Below are positions 39,916 through 52,046 of a DNA stretch of 64,000 nt, piece by piece. Source of the DNA: Callorhinchus milii (Eukaryota). The notes beneath the pieces are model-generated. The model saw only the letters and a list, made by a program, of their open reading frames with translations, ran no database searches and was not told the origin of the DNA. Numbering within the stretch: position 1 is the stretch's first letter; each line of letters starts with the position of its first letter. Made by a program: the position numbers and the translations under genes. The stretch lies in assembly GCF_018977255.1 (NCBI RefSeq), contig NW_024704743.1, positions 64,296,001 through 64,360,000 on the forward strand. Direction: 5' to 3'.

Positions 39916-40358
39916 TCAAATTCAAGATCCTCACCCTCACCTACAAGGCCATTCACCGCCTTGCTCCCTCCTACCTCTCCGACCTACTATCCCCCTATCT
40001 ACCCGCCTGTACCCTCCGTTCCTCTGACTCCGGTCTGCTCCACTTCCCCCGCCCCAACCGCCCTACCATCGGTGGCCGGGCCTTCAGCCTCTCAGCCCCT
40101 AGGCTCTGGAACTCTATCCCCCAGTGCCTTCGCCGCCTCCTCCCTTTCCTCCTTCAAGGCCGGTCTCAAGACCTTTCTCTTTGACCGTGCCTTCAGCTCC
40201 CCTCTCGACTCTCTACCCCCTCCTCGCTCCCTCCCTTCCCTCCCCTCACCCTGAACATTTCCCCCCTGCTCGGGTCCTGACCCAACTGTACAGCGCCTTG
40301 GGACGTCCTCCCGACGTGAAAGGCGCTCAATAAATGGAATCTTGTTGTTGTTGTTGTA
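39916..40358 (+). mobile_element. Young L2 subfamily 3' fragment next to the giant-exon donor
   Basis: FKILTLTYKAIHRLAPSYL...GGRAFS; (TTG)n tail; GTTGTAT at both junctions. Confidence 0.9.
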
Positions 40359-41170
40359 TCTGTTTAGTGTTAGTGCTAAGTATAAAGTAACACATTTTCG
40401 ATATAATTTTCTGTGGTAAGTGATAGAAGATTGTAATAAAAGAAGTCCCAGCTCCAGTCCTATCTTCTGATAACTGAATACAAGCATTTAAATAAAGCAG
40501 ACGGATTGATAGTTAGCATTTCATAGATTTGCTTTTATAAATATTTAACATGAGTACATATTTATGGAATTGCAACATCTGATTACTTCAACTGTAAGTT
40601 ATTGATTGGAAAGCACTGCTCTAAGTGTAGGATGTAAATTCTCTGATTATGTCTAATAATAAGCAATCTCTATCTAGTCAATGCTATTGCCATCAACTTC
40701 CTGTTTCACCACGAGGCCTACTTACTATGTATTAATTTTCATTAGCTCCAGTGAAACGCACTACATAAACTTCATGCTTGAAAGTTTAGCACTGTAAAAC
40801 GTTATGGCTTTAGTTATGAAACACATTATGAAAATGACTAATTTATTGCTGTTACAACATGATACAATTTCCACTTACATAGCGTTTTTCACTTCAGGAG
40901 GACAACTCAGAGGGCTTTACACAGCTGACAACTGGGTGCCTGAGCCGAGTGTGGGGAGGATTCTTTAATTATTGCTTTCAGTTCTTTCAGTCAATATACT
41001 CTAGATATTAGAATTGAATGTTCTACACTCTGATGGTCACAGCTTAAGTGCGCCATGAAGTAATTTTATTGTATGCTGCTCCCTCCCCCTTTGGCACATA
41101 GATACCAAGCATATGGCAAGGTCGAATATCATGCTGTCTGACTTTTTTTGTGTTATTATTTTTCTTCCAG

Positions 41171-41274
41171 TTGGACAGAGACATGCAAGTTGTATTTGGA
41201 TGGTAGTTCTGAGTATGAGATTTTGCAATATAAAATGATTCAACTGCAGATAAGGTTGCTGAATTTAATTTCAG
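41171..41274 (+). CDS. ABCA13: ABCA13 exon (104 nt, phase 2->1): WTETCKLYLDGSSEYEILQYKMIQLQIRLLNLIS
   Basis: tttcttccag acceptor, gtagag donor; the candidate found that bridges phase 2 to 1. Confidence 0.82.
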
Positions 41275-42802
41275 GTAGAGTACCTCTGTCTTTTACTGTT
41301 TCCTTAGTCGCTGTATTGGAATTCCAGGAACACATCTTGCGTTCACATCTAAGTTCAGCATGAATACATTTGATCTTTTTAATTTACGATTTCTCCAACC
41401 TTCTGATTTTAACAGTATTCCTTCTGAGTGATGTAGTGTACAAACTCAGACATTAGTAACTGGATTACATAGAGGTACGTAGAATGATATGGCACAGAAA
41501 CAGGAAATTCAGTACAACTAGTCCATGCCAGTGTTTATAGTCTATATGAGTTCCCGTCCTATCCTTTACCCTGCTATTCCCTTCTCCCTCATGTATTCAT
41601 TAGGTTTTCTTTTGAATACATTGATACCATTCACTTCAACCACAGCTTACGACTGTGAAGTCTGCATTCTCACCACTCTCTGTGTAAAGAGGTTCTTCCT
41701 AAACTCCCTATTAGTCTACTTAGGTTGCCTTGTATTTATCCTCTCCAGTTTTGGACTCACCAACAGTAAGCAGCCTTTCCATATTTACCTTACCAAATCC
41801 TTTCAAAATCTTAAACACCTCTGTCAGATTCCCCCTCACCTTAAGAGAGAAGCTGCAGACTCTCCCATTGCTCTTGATAGCTGTTACGTGGTTAAGGCCA
41901 ATGAAGCCACACTGCCTCTATACGAAGAACTCGACTAGTTTCTTGCCTATTAACACTCGAGAAGAAAAAGGAATGAGAAACAGTTGAGACAAATTTTATC
42001 AGGAAGATTGTTGACCAGGATTTTCTCTTTTGGAACAGCACCATGGGATCCTTAACATCTATCTGAATAGATAGATAGGCCCTTGGTTTAACACCTCATC
42101 TATTAAAAGACGTTTATTACATCTTACCCAGTAAATGCAATCTGGTACATTCAATAATAATAATTATTCTTATATTTGGTATAGCACATTTTGTGTCAGG
42201 CAGATGTCCAAAAGCACTTCACAGGATTTACTGTAAAATGTAAAGTGAATGTGTTTTGTTGGTGAATATCCGATACGTACACAGCAATATTCCACAAACA
42301 GTCATGAAGTGAATGACCAATTGTATTTGGGGGATTATTGGCCAATTCACCGGGAGAAACTACCTTCTCTTTTTGAATAGTGCCATGGGATCTTTAACAT
42401 CCACCTAGACAGGCAGTTTAATGTCACAGCTGAAGGACAGTACCCCAAAAATGCACTGCACTGGAGTGTTATCACAGACTGTATGAGCTCCATGTCCCGA
42501 CGAGGAGCTTTAACCCACAACCTTCTGACTCGTAGATAAGAGTGATACCAACTGAGCCAATCTGACACACTGTCAAACCAACCAGACTAGGTATTTACCT
42601 CATAGTGAATTTCTCAGTATGGGCTCAAATGACCTGGGGGACATTGCTGGTTCCTGTGATGCTGAGATCAGTCGAATATCAAAACACACAACAGTACCTC
42701 CACCAGAATATGTCTGATTTTTGGTCTACATTTACTAAGATTATTGAAGAAATTGAAATGTAATCTGAATTTTAACCTGATAAAGTGCTTTATTTTTCAC
42801 AG

Positions 42803-42921
42803 ACAAGAAGTATTTTGTTAACGATATCATGTGTATGATGAAAGACTGCAGAGGAAACATATCAAGTTCTCTCGTCCATGCCTTGACAGAATTGTCTAAT
42901 TTCACTATTGATGTCAAACAG
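42803..42921 (+). CDS. ABCA13: ABCA13 exon (119 nt, phase 1->0): KKYFVNDIMCMMKDCRGN...DVKQ
   Basis: ttttcacag acceptor, gttagt donor, Cys pair as in human ABCA13 (recalled). Confidence 0.85.
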
Positions 42922-44139
42922 GTTAGTCATTTGTTATCACAAGATTAGTTTGGTCGGAGAAGGCCCTTTGGCCCATCTGATCTCATCCTTCCAAAATACC
43001 CACCCTACTGACTTCCCATTATATCTGTTTTTTAAATGAGTCCAGTGTCCTGGCCTTCTTGGCAATTTGTTCCAGTCGTTATTTATCCTCTGGGTATAAC
43101 CTTACGCCCCCTTCATTGTTGGCACCATCATCCTCGAGTGCGAGACACTCACACGACCACAACTACCCTCTGGGTAAAGAAAAACTTCCTGGTGCCTGCT
43201 TGAAATTGCCCCTTGCAACTCTTAAGTCTATGTCATCTTGTTCTGCTGTCTTGGTCCATCCTAAAGTATTGTTCAATCCCATTTAAAAAAAAAAACTCCA
43301 AATAAGGCCATCACTGAGACGTCTTCTCTCAAGACTGACGAGATCTAGCTTGTCTAATCGTTGTTCATAGTTCATTCCTTTAACATCCTCATTGCTCTTT
43401 ACCGCAATGCCAATAGGGCCTGAGCAGCTCCCATATGTTGCGGTGACTAGAACTGCAGGCAATACTCTTGGTGTGGCCTTATTAAAGCACTAAATACCTG
43501 CGTGAACTCAGTCTGGTTTCAATACTCAAAGCATAGTGATAGGTTTCCATAGATGTGTCTTTGTTCATGTTCCTGGACACGAGGTGTTGTTCAGTAGACA
43601 TCTCCAGTTGGGGAATTTGTCAAGTGCATCTTCAACTGCTTGGTGAATATACCAACTTTGGGAAGTCTCATTCTAAGTCCACACCACCAATGTAGATCAA
43701 ATTATTGTCCAGCAGTGAATGTGTTTGGCCATCAAATTTGGTAAATTCACCAACTAATCAGAGAATTACCTCTCTTATGCCCAGATACATGAATAAATTG
43801 AAGTACCCCAAATGAGGCTGCTATTTTTCTAACAACTTCATGACAGTGACTGAAAATGTCCCCTGATTCATGTCTTCTGGGTTGAAATTTTCATGCAGCC
43901 GTTTTGTTCACAATGCACTTCATGCATAATGCAGAGCGAGTGTCACCATCTAACAACAGGATCTGGTGATGGCAAAGCAGAATAGATGGGTAGAAACTCC
44001 ACCTCGGTCTAGATTTACTCTTATTAATGTAGCATTTAAGAATGTCCATTTTTGAAGCCAGTATTTCTGTAAGATCTTTTAAGACACCTATCTCAAAGTT
44101 AAAATTTAATCGGACAATTTCCCAAATTCTGCGCGGGTG

Positions 44140-45466
44140 GGGGCGGTCGGGTCTTCAGCCTCTCTGCCCCCACCCTTTGGAATTCGATCCACATTCCCTT
44201 TGCCTCAGTCCCACCCTTGCCTCTTCAAGGTACATCCGCATACACTTCCATATGTATGCGGATGACACCCAACTTTATCTTTCTGCCTCCACCCTCAACT
44301 CCAGGACCACTGCTGTCCTGACAGACTGTCTGTCGGATATCAAGTCCTGGATGAGGGCAAACTTCCTACAGTTGAATGTGAACAAGACAGAAGCCCTTCT
44401 GATTGGCTCACGTCAGCGCCTCAGCACCTCAGGCTCTGACAGCATCAACCTCCACGGTTGCACACATCAACTCACCAGCCAGTCAGGGACCTGGTGTCTT
44501 GTTCGACCCTCAAATGTCTTTTCTTCCCCACATCCAAGCCATGACCCACTCTGCCTTCCCTCACCTCTGTAACATCACTCGACTCCGCCACTACCTCACC
44601 CCTCAGGCTGCTAAAACTCTTGTTCATGCCTTCATTACCTCCAGGCTCGACTATGCAAACGCCCTGCTTGTCGGCCTTCCCAACTCCTCCCTCCACAGAC
44701 TGCAGATAATCCAGAACTCTGCAGCCCATGTCCTCTCCCGCACCAAACTCCGTGACCTTATCTCCCCAATTCTTGCCGACTCCATTGGCTCCCTATCCTT
44801 CAGAGGATCCAGTTCGAAATCCTGGTCCTCACCTACAATGCCCTCAATGGCTTCGCCCCACCCTACCTCTGTGACCTCCTAACCCCCTACCAACCCACCC
44901 GCTCCCTCCGCTCAGCCGGTTCCAGCCTGCTCCATGTCCCCCGACCCACCCGCCCCACCATTGGCGGGAGAGCCTTCAGCCACTCTGCCCCCAACCTCTG
45001 GAACCCTATACCCCAGTCACTCCCCTTCGCCCCCTCCTTAGCCTCCTTCAAGTCCCGCCTCAAGACCCTCCTCTTCGACCATGCCATTGGTCACCCCCCC
45101 ACCCCTCCCTTCTCCTCCCTGACCCCAGCTCATGTCTGTAATGCTGTACACTCTCCAGCACCTTTGGACGTCCTCCTGACGTGAAAGGCGCTATACAAAT
45201 GTAATCTTGTTGTTGTATATCTCAAGACCCTTGTCTTCGACCGTGCCTTTGGCCACCCTCCTACTCTTCCTGCCCTCCACCCTACTTTACCCCAATCTTC
45301 GCTCCCCCCCTGTTTGTGGGACACTGCTGTGCGCAATTGGCTGCCGCGTTTCGCCCACAAATATACGGTCAATTCACTTTACAGTCTACTCTATGAAACG
45401 CTTTGAGACATTGAGGAGACGTGAAAAGCGCTATATCAAATGCAAGGATTATTATTATATTATAAT
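44140..45466 (+). mobile_element. Nested cluster: older L2 3' piece (44140-44232 and 45218-45310) interrupted by an L2 copy (44233-45217), followed by a SINE 3' half (45311-45466)
   Basis: YADDTQ to tail in the inner L2; host sequence cttcaaggta|tatctcaagacc resumes after the insert. Confidence 0.85.
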
Positions 45467-45956
45467 AAAGTAATCGTACAATCAGGTGGAATTTTCCCTA
45501 GCAGAGCACATTCTCCCCCTGACAATGTTTGGTGATTAATCTGTCACAGCTTCACAAAAAAGTACTTTCAAGTTGATATTTCAAGCAGGTCTTCCGTAGC
45601 TGTAATCCAGTAATTTTTCCTTCAGATGTGGGAATCTACTTATGGAGATAAATCTGGGATATGGCTATTGTCCTAACAAATTCATCTCCTCTTGCACAAC
45701 TTCAATAGTAATTTTTTCATCAAAATATAACTTCCAACTTGCATTTGTTTAAAAAAAATTAGAAAACAGCCATGAATTCTGATCAGAATTTAAGAGTTAA
45801 GATTCTACCACAACTTGCAATTCCCTATCTGGTGAAGGATATGATTGGTCACTCTTTACAACCTGTTCCCTGTTGGATAGATTAGATAAAATCTTAATAA
45901 ATCAGTGTCTGCTCTTTATCCCTTCATTCACTGGATCCTTTTTCGTCCAGCTGTAA

Positions 45957-46281
45957 TAATAATAATAATAATCCTTGCATTTGATATAGCGCTTTTCACG
46001 TCGGGAGGACGTCCCAAAGTGCTTCACAGAACACACTGTAAAGTGTATTGACTGTATATTTGTGGGTGAACGCGGCAGACAATTGTGCACAGCAATGTCC
46101 CACAAACAGTCGTAGATTGAAAATGACCAATTTTTATTATTGTTTTTGGTTTTGGAGGGATTATTATTAGGCTTTGTGTGGAGTAAGGAAACTTGCCCAA
46201 GGTTTCACCCTCTGCCTGGAATTGAACTCAGGTCTCTCACTTGCAAAGTGAGTGCTCTAACCACTGAGCTACAGGACTCCA
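45957..46281 (-). mobile_element. Young tRNA-derived SINE (type A) with 9-bp target-site duplication
   Basis: CAGCTGTAA at 45948-45956 and 46282-46290. Confidence 0.92.
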
Positions 46282-46792
46282 CAGCTGTAAGGATCTTGAT
46301 CAGGATTGAGATGAGACAGGCTTTTTTCTTTTGTGTCAGGTTAGCATTTATATGCTTGTACTCAAAGGTCACGACCTGTCAAAAGTAGTGAGAGTGGACA
46401 GAGAGAGTGAAGGCCTAGCTAAGCATGAAAAATGTTTCCTTTGTTGGAGAATTATTGAAAGTATGGTGCATTGGAAGGCCATATGGCCTATTGAGCCTAT
46501 ATCTTTGCTAGCTTCTTACTTTGAGTTCTGTTTTAACCTCAGTTTGGAGCACTTTCCCTTTAGCGTAATTTGCTGTATCTCTTGAAATACATATCCAATT
46601 CACTTTGACTTGACGTTTTAGAAAGAACCCAAATGCTGTTTAATCCGTTTTTTTTCCTTTAAATAAATTGATAACATAAATGGATAAATTGATTCTTATT
46701 GCAATGTGCTTATACCAGAATAATATCCATTAATTTTATGGGAAAGATGGTGGTAATAATGTTTCTGGATTGTGTTGATATTTTCTCTCTAG

Positions 46793-46968
46793 GCTATATT
46801 AGAAATCTTCTCTTCTCCAGTCAATAATGACTGTGAGGGTTTCCAGCAGGCCTATTTCAAACTGCAAATGACTATGAATCAAACAGTTACTGCAGTGAGT
46901 TACGCAATAAAGAATTACAAGTGTGAATGCAAACTGACGCCGTCAATGACTGTACATCTATTCGAAAG
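46793..46968 (+). CDS. ABCA13: ABCA13 exon (176 nt, phase 0->2): AILEIFSSPVNNDCEG...VHLFE
   Basis: ttctctctag acceptor, gtaaag donor; IFSSPVNNDCE resembles human IWSSPNQLNCE (recalled). Confidence 0.88.
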
Positions 46969-47590
46969 GTAAAGTACATATCTGATTGTTATCTGTTGCA
47001 TCTGAATAAACTGAATACATCACTAATTTAACAATAATTAACAATAATGCAGCTAATGGATGCCAGTTAATCTCACAAACAGCCATCGAAGGAAGGACCA
47101 AATTTAATCTGTGTCAACTGGCCCAGTTGGTAACACTCTTACTCCTGAGTCATTGGTTGTGGGTTCAAGCCCCACACCAGGACTTGGAACTCATATAGTG
47201 TAGAAATGGCCAGTTTCTCCCAGATTGTTTGAGGTTACTTATAGTTAATCGACATTGAACAGTAATATATTGTGTCAGACACTTACACCTAAGCAAATGT
47301 CTGCAGTAACTGACAGAATACATATCGTTCATCTATAAAAGGCCCAGGATGATGTAGTTGATATGTTGGCCAGCCCATCACCGGCTCCAATAGGGCAATT
47401 TTATAGTTTTTATAACAATTTTCTGAGGCTGCCCCTCTTTCCAGCATTAGGCGCTATATAAATTGCGTTGTACAAGATATTTCATGAATTAAACATTTGA
47501 AGAGATGCATCACAGTTGCAGTGCATCCCAAGACAAATTTCTGGGGTAACTACCCTTTATTATATACAATTTTAACTTTATATTTTCCAG

Positions 47591-47667
47591 GGTTCAAGCT
47601 TCTTTCAAATGCCTGTCCATCAATAATACCTTTGTGGCTTTACTGGAGAATTTTGAAGCTATCTCAG
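47591..47667 (+). CDS. ABCA13: ABCA13 exon (77 nt, phase 2->1): VQASFKCLSINNTFVALLENFEAIS
   Basis: ttttccag acceptor, gtaata donor, phase fit. Confidence 0.82.
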
Positions 47668-48456
47668 GTAATATATGAAAAGCCTGTATGTACATGTGGT
47701 GAGGTAGTTTGATGTAGGAAATTGGGCTCAGTAATAAGGCAGAAAATAAGGCAGGCGGTCACAGCTGTGAAAGTGAACCACAGCCATCAGCCCAACTGAG
47801 GGGCACAAGTGCAGAAATCTTTACTCAGAGGAACAAGTTCCCAGGAAACATGGTAGAGGTCAGGGCGCTGGACTCATTTAAAAGCAGGTTGATGTAGTGA
47901 TGGAGGAACAATAAGGTTGCTGTTCTGGAAGGATGAGATCAGATGGGCCATAGGCTCTTATTTAGCCAAACTAATCTTGTGATCTTTTGAAATGCGGAGG
48001 AAAGCATTGGCACAGCAGGAGGAAGTTCAAATGCTCACAAGACAAAAGAAACAAAGTGGTGAAAAATGCGACATGTGATGTGTTAATTCTCACTGGTGAA
48101 ACAACTCCCAACTTTTTCAAATAGGTGGGCCTGAAGCCATTTTCAGTAACCATTGAGCCATTAATATTACCGCCGGCAATTGTAGCATACTACATAATAC
48201 ACCTCAAAAAGGTGTTGTGGGAGACGATTTGAAAGGTTCAAATGAACTTGGCCAGGGAAGGGTGGATATCCATGTAGACCCAGATGGAATTTCTCTAATG
48301 AGTATTGTTGAGGAAAGCACGGGCTTTGGTCCAACCGTATTTGAGGTGTAACAGGATCCAGGAGTGTGTCCATGTGTTTTATTATTTACATGATTTATGT
48401 TCAGTTTTTAATTTTGTCGAAGATTCATATATCTTACGTTTGATTGCCTTGAACAG

Positions 48457-48578
48457 ATTTACCAATAACAAAATGTTTGCGGAACATTACCATACTGAAA
48501 ATGCAACTGCAGGCAGTCAGCCCCCTCTCTCTCTCGACCATTGATGCATTATTGGGGGCCCACATCTTCAGTTCTAAG
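48457..48578 (+). CDS. ABCA13: ABCA13 exon (122 nt, phase 1->0): LPITKCLRNITILK...TIDALLGAHIFSSK
   Basis: aacag acceptor, gtaact donor; only one frame is open and it fits; resembles human MKNITKL...TIHSILEANISHSK (recalled). Confidence 0.85.
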
Positions 48579-49631
48579 GTAACTTCACGTTGACATTGGG
48601 ATAAAATTGGTAGCTGCTTAAAATGATAACCATGCTTACGGTCACCTCCTCCCTCCTCTCGGCTCAGCATCAGGCTCTGCCACTGTTAAACACTCCGAGA
48701 CACTGCACCGGGTGAAGGTGTGATAAGACACTATTCTTCTCATTGATATTAAAACAAAGGGAGCTTGCAAATATGTCTATATAAATAATAAGCAAATCGC
48801 TTCATTTTGTGAGTTTAGGTCAACATTTGGAGGTCAGTTATTTTATCCTGGCCGACAGTCCTTCAGATTTAATTATTCGTGGAACATGCCTGGTGCAAAT
48901 AGCTGCTGCTTTTTCTTATAGAACAGTCGCTGGACTTGATAATAATTGCCTGTGAATTGCTTTGAGATATTTTATTATTGATGACTGGCGAGCAATGACA
49001 GGTGGCATTCCTAGGCATCAGTGATGGGCCACAGCTTTTCATGCAATAATGACAGCAGCCGCAGTTTTTGAAAAAAGTCTTTGGATCCAACCATTGCTCA
49101 GAAGTCTGCCTGTATGCCTTGGTATAATTGGAATTGCAATGAATGCCCACACTGTAATATCTTGCATTTTATGAATCAATTTTACAATCAGGAGTACTTT
49201 GTTTTAAGCTCAGGCTGTCCAGTTGTCCCTCCGAAACTTTTGGCTGAGTTTGTTTGTTCACTATACTTTGATGGGTGTATGGTATCAAACAATGCACAGG
49301 ATACAGCTTTGTGACAGCTGGAGACTAGTATTTTTTGTTCTAACTTTAGGGAGGTACTTATGTTGGACCATGGACAGATGTGAGCTGAGTCATTGGTAGC
49401 ATTCGATTCAGTGCAGAATTATCATCCAAGTTGTTCAAGGGGAAATTGAATTTAGACTAGAGCGAACAAATATCCAAAAGTTCTCTTCCAGAAGAGCATA
49501 CAATCTACCAAACTAAGGCATAAACGTAGGAGGCTGTTCAAACTATAATTAGATGTGATGTTGGAGATTTACTACCAGAGGGATGAGCTTTAGTGAGTCA
49601 AGTGGCCATTCCTCATCCTTGACTTCTCTTT

Positions 49632-49942
49632 GTGGAGTCCTGTAGCTCAGTGGTTAGAGCACTCGCTTTGCAAGTGAGAGAGACCGGAGTTCAATTCCAG
49701 GCAGGGCGAAACCTTGGGCAAGTTTCTTTACTCCACACGCCTAATAATAATCCCTCCAAAGCCCAAAACAATAATAAATTGGTCATTTTCAATCTACGAC
49801 TGTTTGTGGGACATTGCTGTGCGCAATTAGCTGCCGCGTTCGCCCACAAATATACAGTCAATTCACTTTACAGTGTGTCTGTGAAGCGCTTTGGGACGTC
49901 CTCCCGACGTGAAAAGCACTATATAAAATGCAAGGATTATTT
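49632..49942 (+). mobile_element. Young tRNA-derived SINE (type A)
   Basis: Matches 3578-3902. Confidence 0.9.
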
Positions 49943-50700
49943 ATGTTCTTACATCACCTGCCTGACTGTAGGGCACTCTGCCACTCGTCCTCTATCCCTT
50001 CACCTTACCCCTTTAGGCTGTAGTGCACAGACTAGGTTATAGTGCACATTGAAGAGGCAACTGAGACAGGGAGAATATTACCAGGAAATAGAGGAGATTG
50101 GAATAATAAACCCAATACCTAATAACTGTGCATTCACTTATAGTTACTGTTAAATTCTAATAATAATCCGTACATTTGATATAGCGCGTTATCACGTCAT
50201 TGAGACGTCTCAAAGCGCTTCACAAAATATATTGTAAAGTGGATGGACTGTAATTTGTGGGCGAAACACGGCAGCCAATTGAGCATAGTAGTGTCCCACA
50301 AACAGTCATGGATTGAGTGACCAGATTATTATTTTTTTTTTTGAAAGGATTATTAACCCTGAAAAGTGATCCATCAATTGACTAATTTACTGCTAGGTAA
50401 CTAGAAGCGTGTGGAGTAGGAAACGTGCCTTAACTTATGGTTTCGCCCTGCCTGGGAATTGAGCGGCCCTTTCACTTGAGAGGTGAAACTCTGGAACGCT
50501 CTTCCTCTATCCCTCCGTCTTGCCCCTTCCTTCCCCATCGTCAGGTCACACCTACGGTCACCTTCCCCCTCTCCCCGGCCTGCCGTCACGCTCTGCAACT
50601 GTCAAGCGCAATATCAATGCAAGTTGTTGACATTGAGTACTCTAACCAATACCCGAGATATTATACATTACGTTGATGTGAGCTTTGTCTCTTGTTACAG

Positions 50701-50889
50701 CTGATCGTTGGTATTCTGGCTGGCACACTCACGTGCAACAAGGAAAACCTGGCTCTAATGCTGTCCTTTTCAGGCACCGTAAACCTTACATCCTTGGCTG
50801 ATGAGGTGTGTTCTTTGACTGGGACCGAAGCTTATGAAGTTATTGTAAGAATCAGTGAATACATGGAAGTGAGATGCATCATTTACGAG
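50701..50889 (+). CDS. ABCA13: ABCA13 exon (189 nt, phase 0->0): LIVGILAGTLTCNKE...DEVCSLTG...IIYE
   Basis: ttgttacag acceptor, gtaagg donor; EVCSL motif like human EELCSLPG (recalled). Confidence 0.9.
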
Positions 50890-51869
50890 GTAAGGCAAAG
50901 GGCATTTTGCGTGAACATTTTTCCTTTGTCTCTTTTATTCCTTTTCTCCCTCCTCTGCTTCCTCGCCTCTACGCTTGAACTACTGCAATTCCCTTTGCTC
51001 CTAATTTCTTAGCACATCGCAGGATCACATATTATCCTTCCAGAAATATCTTACCTTATTTTGTTACAGCATCAAGCAATTTCTCCAATGAGTCCAGTTT
51101 CCTGGCCTCTATCACACATCCTGTTTATCCAGAGGCATCTTGTATTTAATGGTGCATGTGCCTTTTAACTACAGACCGCACACAATTCACAGAGTGCATG
51201 TCCTACACACTACACAATCCACAGAGTGTGTGTTACACATCACACACTTCCTCAGTGTACATTATTAAGGGTACTTGTCATTTCCACTGCACACATCTAC
51301 TTATGCATGATTTACCCAACATGCATGTTAGACCCCATTTTCATCTGTGGACACAATGTACATCAGTGATGGCTTTGTTTAAGACGCAAGTGGCAATTGG
51401 GAATATCTAGCTCTAAGTGGGAAATGGGATCTGTGATTTTTGCGATATTGGCAAATCGGATTCATATCTGAAAATTGTAAACTACATCAAAACAGGATTG
51501 TGAATTAGACCCTAATGTCTTTAATCCTGTGGCATTGCATTAATTGAGGATGAGATGTTAAACTGAGGTCCTGTCTGCCTGAACTAAAGATCCCATGACA
51601 CTATTGGAAAAGAAAAGGGAGTTTCTTCCAGTGTCCTGGCCAACAATCCCCCAAATAATATTAGTCACTCACTTCATGGCTGTTTGTTGGGCTAGAATTG
51701 TCTGCCACGTTCACCCACAAAATACACTTAGACCATTTTACAGCAAATCCAATGAAGTACTTTGAAAAGTGCTCTTGACAACATGATATGGTGGTATACC
51801 AAATGCAAGGATTATTATTATTAATTGCTGACACATTTCAAAGTGGCTTTCATTCTGCATTGTTACCAG

Positions 51870-52046
51870 GTAGTTCTGCCGATCGTAATGACCCCGGATG
51901 TAAATCAAATGATGCAAAGGCTGTTGACAGTTCTCTCAGGTATCACTTCACTCACAGAGAAATTTCGACCGCTCCTGAACTTCATTCCTGAGCTTCTCCA
52001 GACTTTCAAGAATTTGAATCTTCCCACCATTCCTGAATTCCAGGAC
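51870..52046 (+). CDS. ABCA13: ABCA13 exon (177 nt, phase 0->0): VVLPIVMTPD...FIPELLQTFK...EFQD
   Basis: ttaccag acceptor, gtacgt donor; IPELLQTFK resembles human LPEFLHTFK (recalled). Confidence 0.88.

Noticed and set aside
40982..41035. Alternative acceptor after the giant exon
   Set aside because: The required frame reaches TGA before a donor; 41171-41274 fits instead
45626..45760. Candidate exon after tttttccttcag
   Set aside because: The phase-0 frame stops early, there is no good donor, and exons 42803 and 46793 already join correctly
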